Shown here: in pieces, positions 58,060 through 64,000 of the stretch | Position numbering within the stretch: position 1 is the stretch's first letter | How the letters are laid out: every line of letters begins with the position of its first letter | DNA from: Methanocellales archaeon | GTDB lineage: Archaea; Halobacteriota; UBA148 | Length of the DNA stretch: 64,000 nucleotides | Direction: 5' to 3' | NCBI GenBank assembly: GCA_030019435.1 | Contig: JASEEV010000003.1 | Location: 2,376-66,375, forward strand | Notes under the pieces: generated by a model | Told to the model about the DNA's origin: nothing | What the model saw: only the letters and a program-made list of their open reading frames with translations | Databases searched by the model: none | Position numbers and translations under genes: made by a program

Positions 58060-58893
58060 ATGGTTGTTTCATTGCTCTGGTATTTCATCACCGAATATTA
58101 CATTGATCCAATCATACATGATGCCGGCTATAATCCCGTGAACACATTGACATGGGGTATTTTATTAGGCATTGCAATCTTTGGGGTATTAAAGTTACTG
58201 GAAAAGTTGCGCATAGAGGTAGATCAGCGATTTATCATTACGGCTTTGCCATACGTGCTGGTTGGCAGCACGCTTAGGGTGATGGAAGATGCAGACATGT
58301 TTGCATCTCCGATAAGATACCTGTTCATCACACCGTTGATCTTTTTTCTGATCACAGCTGTGTGCGTTGCCATACTGTTAGCACTGGTAGAATTGCGCAA
58401 AATGGGCAAAATAGATGACATCCTACCAACATTCCTATGTATTGGAATGGGATGGGCGATCCTGAGCCTATTTGCACTCTTATCAAAGCAAGAGATCGCA
58501 AAATCATGGGTGCTGCCTGCTGTCTTGGGCATTGCAACTCCCATGGCAATCGCAATATACTTGATCGCAAGACGGTTTGATGTGATCTGGATGGATGGGC
58601 TAAATGCCACCATAGTATGGGCACATCTCTTCGAAGCATCATCCACGTTTGTCGGAGTGGATTTCATCGGATATGGAGAAAAGCACGTGCTGAGCACGTT
58701 TCTGATAGATTGGAGTGGAACAGGGGCGGTGATGTATCCGCTGAAACTCATAACCATCATCCCAATTCTATACATACTCGAGCGATATCTCTCAGACGAG
58801 CCCAGAACGAGCAATCTAGCAAAGCTAGCGATCTTGATGCTCGGATTAGCTCCAGGACTGAGAAACATGCTAAGAATGATGCTGGGGGTATAG
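58060..58893 (+). CDS. polytopic membrane protein (DUF63-like)
   Basis: Multiple TM helices. The start is taken at an internal Met to avoid overlap with egsA. Confidence 0.4.
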   Translation: MVVSLLWYFITEYYIDPIIHDAGYNPVNTLTWGILLGIAIFGVLKLLEKLRIEVDQRFIITALPYVLVGSTLRVMEDADMFASPIRYLFITPLIFFLITAVCVAILLALVELRKMGKIDDILPTFLCIGMGWAILSLFALLSKQEIAKSWVLPAVLGIATPMAIAIYLIARRFDVIWMDGLNATIVWAHLFEASSTFVGVDFIGYGEKHVLSTFLIDWSGTGAVMYPLKLITIIPILYILERYLSDEPRTSNLAKLAILMLGLAPGLRNMLRMMLGV

Positions 58894-58895
58894 GT

Positions 58896-59495
58896 ATGAG
58901 AGGAATTAGTACAAAAGAGGCACTCACATACCTTGGATCCATAAAGGGCTGCATCCTCTTCGTGTCGGCGATGTTCACCCTATCGACCCTCATGGGATAC
59001 TGGTACTCTAGCTTGAATCCGGAGCTTGCAACTCAGACTTTCGCAGAGATTGGCGAACTGTTCGAACTGATTAAGGGGCTAGACCCATTGGTGATCATGC
59101 TTTTGATCTTTCTGAACAACTCGATCAAATGTCTTATCGCCCTATCACTTGGCATTGGATTTGGATTGATTCCATTAGCGTTCGTGACATACAACGGGTT
59201 CTTGATCGGCATGACCATATTCATAACTGAGAGGACAGAGGGTCTTCCCTATATATTAGCAGCACTTATTCCTCATGCCATCATCGAGTTGCCCATGATC
59301 CTCCTCAGTGCAGCAATAGGAGTCAAGCTCGGTCATGATCTGTTGAACACGTTACGGGGCAAGAAGGTGGACATGAAGAAAGAGTTTAAGAGGGGTGCTT
59401 TATTCTATATATACTGGATTCTGCCCTTGTTGTTCATTGCGGCAACAGTCGAAACGTTCGTAACTCCGTTGATCGTAGCAATGGTGGTAGGATGA
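58896..59495 (+). CDS. SpoIIM-like (DUF95) membrane protein
   Basis: The start [10 protein letters not shown] lies 3 nt after the upstream stop. Four TM helices with the SpoIIM pattern. Confidence 0.45.
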   Translation: MRGISTKEALTYLGSIKGCILFVSAMFTLSTLMGYWYSSLNPELATQTFAEIGELFELIKGLDPLVIMLLIFLNNSIKCLIALSLGIGFGLIPLAFVTYNGFLIGMTIFITERTEGLPYILAALIPHAIIELPMILLSAAIGVKLGHDLLNTLRGKKVDMKKEFKRGALFYIYWILPLLFIAATVETFVTPLIVAMVVG

Positions 59496-60898
59496 GGGAG
59501 AGACTTCCGAGAAAAGAGAAATTTAGCGAGTGGTATAACGAGCTTCTCCTAAGGACGGAAATCGTGGACGTCCGATATCCGTCCAAAGGGCTCTGCGTGT
59601 GGTATCCATTTGGGTTCTCGCTCAGAAGAAGAATATACTCGATCCTGAGATCACTATTAGATGTAGACCACCAGGAGGTGCTGTTCCCCCTTCTCATACC
59701 AGAAAATGAGTTCATGAAAGAATCTGAGCATATTAAAGGCTTTGAGGAAGAAGTTTATTGGGTCACAAAAGGTGGATCCACTCCCCTTGAGATGCCACTG
59801 GCGCTACGCCCTACATCTGAGACCGCAATCTATCCCATGCTACAGCTATGGATACGCTCACATGTGGATCTGCCGCTCAAGATATACCAGATAGTGAACA
59901 CCTTCCGCTATGAAACGAAGCATACCAGACCGCTCATCCGCGTTAGGGAGATCACGTCTTTCAAGGAAGCTCACACCGCCCATGCAACATGGGCTGAGGC
60001 AGAGGAGCAAGTCAAGGCTGCGCTAAAACTATACAGCGAGTTTTTCCGTAGATTAGCCATTCCACATGTGATCACAAAACGCCCAGATTGGGACAAGTTT
60101 CCTGGTGCAGATTACTCAATGGCAGTGGACACGCTGATGCCAGATGGAAAAACACTCCAGATTGGTACCGTTCACCATCTGGGCACAAATTTCGCTGAAA
60201 CGTTTGATGTCCGATATGAGGATCCTGAGGGGGAACAGCGATATGTGAATCAGACATGTTATGGCATCTCAGAAAGATGTGTTGCAGCCGTGATAGCTGT
60301 GCACGGCGATGATAGGGGGTTGGTGCTACCCCCTGAGATCGCGCCTACGCAAATCATCATCATACCGATCGTGTCTAAGGGAAAGGATGCACTGGGCGCC
60401 TGCAAGCGCATCCTAGACATGTTGAAAGATGTATATAGGGTGGTCTTAGATAATTCTCAGGAGAGACCTGGTGCCAAATACTATAAGTGGGAGATGAAAG
60501 GCGTGCCCCTGCGTGTGGAAATCGGTCCACGCGACATGGAGAGGGGCGAGGTAACGCTTGTGCGTCGAGACACATTTGAGAGAGAGACCGTAGCTATATC
60601 AAAGCTGAACGATGCAATCGAGGATAAATTGGGCGCCATCCATGCCAACCTCTATGAAAGAGCTAGGCAGTCATTTGACTCGAGAATTGTTGACTGCAAA
60701 ACACTGGATGAGGCGAAAACTGCAATCCGCAAAGGTATGGCAAAGATCAGCTGGTGTGGTGAAGAGGAATGTGGCTTATGCATGGAAGATCGTACGGGTG
60801 GAGACATACTCGGTGAGCTGGCGAAGACCAAAAGGGGAGAATGTCCCATTTGCGGCAAAAAAACGGACAAAGTCGTGTTGATGGCGAGGGCGTATTAG
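59492..60898 (+). CDS. proS: prolyl-tRNA synthetase (archaeal/eukaryotic type)
   Basis: 468 aa: [11 protein letters not shown]…, class II motifs, and a C-terminal zinc-binding CGEEECG…CPICG. Confidence 0.9.
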   Translation: MRERLPRKEKFSEWYNELLLRTEIVDVRYPSKGLCVWYPFGFSLRRRIYSILRSLLDVDHQEVLFPLLIPENEFMKESEHIKGFEEEVYWVTKGGSTPLEMPLALRPTSETAIYPMLQLWIRSHVDLPLKIYQIVNTFRYETKHTRPLIRVREITSFKEAHTAHATWAEAEEQVKAALKLYSEFFRRLAIPHVITKRPDWDKFPGADYSMAVDTLMPDGKTLQIGTVHHLGTNFAETFDVRYEDPEGEQRYVNQTCYGISERCVAAVIAVHGDDRGLVLPPEIAPTQIIIIPIVSKGKDALGACKRILDMLKDVYRVVLDNSQERPGAKYYKWEMKGVPLRVEIGPRDMERGEVTLVRRDTFERETVAISKLNDAIEDKLGAIHANLYERARQSFDSRIVDCKTLDEAKTAIRKGMAKISWCGEEECGLCMEDRTGGDILGELAKTKRGECPICGKKTDKVVLMARAY

Positions 60899-61066
60899 CC
60901 AAATTCGATCATCTCAACACCCTCCAAGTTCTCACGACCTCCGCAATAGCAGGTCTCCCTTCGACAAAGATCTCGATCGCTCTGTGTCTACTGGTCTGCT
61001 GGATCAACCTCGGTTGGGAAACTCTTCTGCCAACACATCTTATCTTCTCGCCCTTGATCACGTCAT

Positions 61067-61411
61067 TCATTCTGGTTCCACCCATCCTTCCTGCCAGAGC
61101 TCTAACAAGGCTTCATTTACCATGCCCATATCGATTTTGAGAGCATCGCTTATCTCGTCTGCAGCAACCCTTTCCTTGCCCTTTATGTAATCTTGAACCT
61201 CTTTTTTAGCCTGCTCCTTGCCGACATCCCTATACGTCACGACCTCCAAGCCGCGTATATATTCCGCATAATATTGGACGGCATCCCGTATCGCATCAGC
61301 CTTTGAGCAGTCCAGCTTATCCACTATAATATCGAGCATCTCGCTTACATCCTTTAGGTCCACAGGATATACATAGCGATGCGTTCGTTTTTCTACGCCG
61401 ATCTCTCCCAT
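61067..61411 (-). CDS. hypothetical protein with C-terminal winged-helix-like segment
   Basis: 114-aa ORF with no motif recognised. Confidence 0.3.
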   Translation of the reverse strand: MGEIGVEKRTHRYVYPVDLKDVSEMLDIIVDKLDCSKADAIRDAVQYYAEYIRGLEVVTYRDVGKEQAKKEVQDYIKGKERVAADEISDALKIDMGMVNEALLELWQEGWVEPE

Positions 61412-61534
61412 TTACGTCACCGTGTATAAGATGGTATAAATCTGTATAAAACATTTTCGATCCCATACGATTTACCCTAAAATTTGGCATCAACTCTCAC
61501 CTTTATTTATATCTTGAGTTATAGAGAATGGAAC

Positions 61535-62350
61535 ATGCAAATATTCTTTCTGGGCTCTGGTGGGGGGCGGTTTGCAACCATAACGCAAAAAAGATGCACA
61601 GGAGGCTTCAGACTGCATGCAGAGGCGAATGTCCATGTAGATCCAGGTCCAGGTGCGTTAGTACGATCTCATGTCTTCGGCATCGATCCCACTGATCTCG
61701 ATGCAATCCTGATAACGCACGCTCATCCAGATCATTATACTGATTGCGAGGTACTGATCGAAGCGATGACCAGGGGAGCGACTAAAAAGAGAGGAACGAT
61801 CATAGGAAACAAGACCACCATTGAGGGAACCGATTTCGGAGGACCCGTGATCTCTAAGTATCATCGATCGATTGTAAGCGAACAAATCGTCATGCAGCCC
61901 GGACAGGAGGCAAAAATCAAAAATCTACGAATAGAGGCAACCAAAGCAGTCCACCATGATCCAGATTCCCTAGGATTCAGGTTTCACACTCCCAGCGGAA
62001 TAGTATCGTATACTTCTGATACAGAATACTTTGATGAACTCCCCGATATTCACAAAGATGCAAGGGTGTTGATAGCATCAGCGATGAGACCAAGAGAGGA
62101 TCGGATTCCCAATCATATGTGCACAGAGGACTGCATAAACCTCATAGATGAAGTGAAGCCGGAAATTGCAATTCTGACTCATTTCGGAATGAAGATGATA
62201 TTTGCACCTCCTGAAAAGGAAGCTCGACAAGTCGCTGAGAGAACAAAGGTAAAAACCATTGCTGCAAGATTAGGGCTTGTAGTCGACATGGGGGAGGAAG
62301 TAAAAACAAGATATGCGAGAGAGCAAGTACCTCTTGATCGGTTTCTCTAA
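61535..62350 (+). CDS. MBL-fold metallo-hydrolase
   Basis: ILITHAHPDHY and downstream His/Asp ligands. The start is taken at MQIFFLGSGGG. Confidence 0.7.
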   Translation: MQIFFLGSGGGRFATITQKRCTGGFRLHAEANVHVDPGPGALVRSHVFGIDPTDLDAILITHAHPDHYTDCEVLIEAMTRGATKKRGTIIGNKTTIEGTDFGGPVISKYHRSIVSEQIVMQPGQEAKIKNLRIEATKAVHHDPDSLGFRFHTPSGIVSYTSDTEYFDELPDIHKDARVLIASAMRPREDRIPNHMCTEDCINLIDEVKPEIAILTHFGMKMIFAPPEKEARQVAERTKVKTIAARLGLVVDMGEEVKTRYAREQVPLDRFL

Positions 62351-62898
62351 CTTTTTGTGAGAGGTCTCTCCACAGCCATCCTTTCACGTAACTTCTCCAG
62401 TCTTTTATGAATGTTGTCCCAGTGGCTGCCCTCCCAATACACCTTTCCGCAGCTATCGCAGATCCAAAACTCGATCCCCTCCTCGACCAACGCGTCTGGG
62501 ACATAATCCTCTCTCTTCAGCATGCCCAATTCCTTGGGCCGCACTTTTCTGATGAGTGCATTGCATATCGTGCATCTGACCATCTTCGGCTCCAGATCGA
62601 TGTCATAGTGAGACAGCATCTCTTCTAACTGTTCCATGACGGCATCAGAGTTGACCAAACAAACTCTGATCCCAGCACGTTCTGCCCTCGACCTCAGCGT
62701 TCTGTCCCTTGTGATCAGGATTCTTTTCTGCCCAGCAAAGCGAAGTAAAAACTCATCCTCTTTGCCCTCTAGGGCAAAATCGCTCGCGCTGACCGTGTCA
62801 TATCCAAGTAGGCGGAGCCATGTAGTCAGTCTGCCCAACATTCGGTCTACTATGAACTTCATCATTCGCTCTTGAATCCTCGTGACTTCTTCTTCCAA
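62347..62898 (-). CDS. Mut7-C RNase domain protein (PIN-like + zinc ribbon, DUF82)
   Basis: FIVDRMLGRLTTWLRLLGYD N-terminus and a C-terminal CTICN…CDSCG ribbon. Confidence 0.55.
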   Translation of the reverse strand: MEEEVTRIQERMMKFIVDRMLGRLTTWLRLLGYDTVSASDFALEGKEDEFLLRFAGQKRILITRDRTLRSRAERAGIRVCLVNSDAVMEQLEEMLSHYDIDLEPKMVRCTICNALIRKVRPKELGMLKREDYVPDALVEEGIEFWICDSCGKVYWEGSHWDNIHKRLEKLRERMAVERPLTKS

Positions 62899-62983
62899 CT
62901 TCCAGAGCCACTATCTCATAACTGTTCCACAAGGGATAAAATTGTCGATCGTCTTAATATCACATGATTCCCTAATCATTGTG

Positions 62984-63658
62984 ATGAGCTTAAGAGATGT
63001 GCTCAAGAAGCATGGAACTCCCTTCTCTAAGGAATTGGGCATTGATCTAGAGAGCCGGAAATCATCTGAGATCTTCAAGTGGTTTTTAGCATCGATCTTA
63101 TTCGGCAAGCCGATAGGCGAGATGATAGTAAAGAAGACGTATAAAACGTTCGAGGAACGTTCCATAACGGATCATGAGGCTATCTTGGGTGCGGGATGGG
63201 ACTTCCTTGTGCAAACATTGGATGAGGGAGGCTATGTGAGATATGATTTCAGCACTGCTGATAAACTTTTGAATATAATGGAAACTCTCCAAAGGAAATA
63301 TCGTGGTGACTTGAATGAGCTACATGATGTTGCATCCGATTCGAGGGACTTGGAAAAAAGATTGATGGAGTTTCATGGGGTAGGTGAGGTCACCACCAAA
63401 ATCTTTTTGCGTGAACTGCGAGGCATCTGGGAGAAAGCCGATCCGGAGCCTACAAAGCTGGAGGTATTGGCTGGGAAGAATCTGCGTTTGATGAAAAAAG
63501 GCGATAAGGGTGAATTGAGGAAATCCGCTGGGAAACTCAAAATTCCAGTCGTGAACCTCGAGGTCGCACTGTTGCGCATAGGCAAGGACTTTTGTAGGAA
63601 AGATAGGTGTGAGATTTGCGATCTGGCAGAATGTTGTAAAGGGTGCGTGAGGCGATAG
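62984..63658 (+). CDS. helix-hairpin-helix protein, possible DNA glycosylase (AGOG/HhH-GPD-like)
   Basis: [18 protein letters not shown] HhH and a C-terminal CxxC…C…C. Weak assignment. Confidence 0.3.
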   Translation: MSLRDVLKKHGTPFSKELGIDLESRKSSEIFKWFLASILFGKPIGEMIVKKTYKTFEERSITDHEAILGAGWDFLVQTLDEGGYVRYDFSTADKLLNIMETLQRKYRGDLNELHDVASDSRDLEKRLMEFHGVGEVTTKIFLRELRGIWEKADPEPTKLEVLAGKNLRLMKKGDKGELRKSAGKLKIPVVNLEVALLRIGKDFCRKDRCEICDLAECCKGCVRR

Positions 63659-63725
63659 TATTAAATATGGAGATGACTAATGTGGTTTTGCATCAACTGA
63701 TTTTCTTAATTTTAACCAGGTGCAT

Positions 63726-64000
63726 GTATATGAGCGGTGAACAATACAAAGGTACGACCACAGTTGGAGTAGTTTGTGATGACGGCGTCGTTTTGGCGAC
63801 GGAAAAACGAGCAATGATGGGCAGTTTCATCGCAAGCAAGGAAGCCAAAAAGATCTATCAAATCGACGATCGGGTGGGTATGACCACCGCTGGCATCGTA
63901 GGTGACGCACAAACCCTTGCAAGGATCATTGCAGTGGAGACAAAGCTCTATAAAATGCGGAGACGAGAGCCCATAACAATCGGTGCGATCGTAACGCTGC
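63726..64000 (+). CDS. psmB: proteasome subunit beta (N-terminal part; runs off window)
   Basis: [21 protein letters not shown] and the active-site Thr context. Confidence 0.85.

Noticed and set aside
58617-58895. Long N-terminal extension of the SpoIIM-like ORF
   Set aside because: It overlaps the upstream membrane-protein gene in another frame. The internal Met directly after the upstream stop gives a normal TM protein.
1-64000. CRISPR arrays, rRNA genes, additional tRNAs
   Set aside because: A visual scan of all intergenic stretches (none longer than about 230 nt apart from the tRNA locus) showed no repeat-spacer periodicity or rRNA-like conserved blocks. Only the one tRNA was found.

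Overview
This is a 64-kb, gene-dense segment of a euryarchaeal chromosome. It carries no rRNA genes and no CRISPR array. Several genes point to an F420- and methanopterin-using lineage, a methanogen or a close relative (Methanomicrobia/Archaeoglobi-like); I cannot assign genus or species. Those markers are cofD and cofE, a DmrX-like Fe-S flavoprotein, a DHPS-like pterin enzyme, sn-glycerol-1-phosphate dehydrogenase, a methanogen-type SerRS, a PGF-CTERM protein and CetZ.

The core content is:
- A conserved information-processing cluster: eIF2-gamma, Fcf1-like PIN, RpoE', Spt4, DUF359, S24e, S27ae and Kae1.
- Bud32, ribosomal proteins S3Ae and S15, ProRS, a proteasome beta subunit, two archaeal-type phosphoglycerate mutases, thrB and leuB/leuD-like genes.
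- The archaeal trans-anhydromevalonate-phosphate mevalonate module: UbiX, a UbiD-like decarboxylase, and the large and small subunits of an AcnX-type dehydratase.

The unusual or accessory features are:
- A tRNA-Arg(GCG) gene with a roughly 155-nt intron in a canonical bulge-helix-bulge (BHB) motif.
- An inorganic pyrophosphatase gene broken by a frameshift inside its catalytic motif.
- A Fic (class II) cassette of about 1 kb inserted into the 3' end of cofD, flanked by perfect 17-bp direct repeats.
- A decayed IS200/IS605-type TnpB element.
- A UPF0175/DUF3368 toxin-antitoxin pair next to an AT-rich islet.
- A RadC/JAB-containing islet between bud32 and kae1, with a 25-bp perfect palindrome and 14-nt tandem repeats.
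- Two bactofilin-like beta-helix proteins.
- A CetZ operon that includes a PRC-barrel protein.

All calls rest on my reading of the ORF translations and the DNA. No database searches were run.
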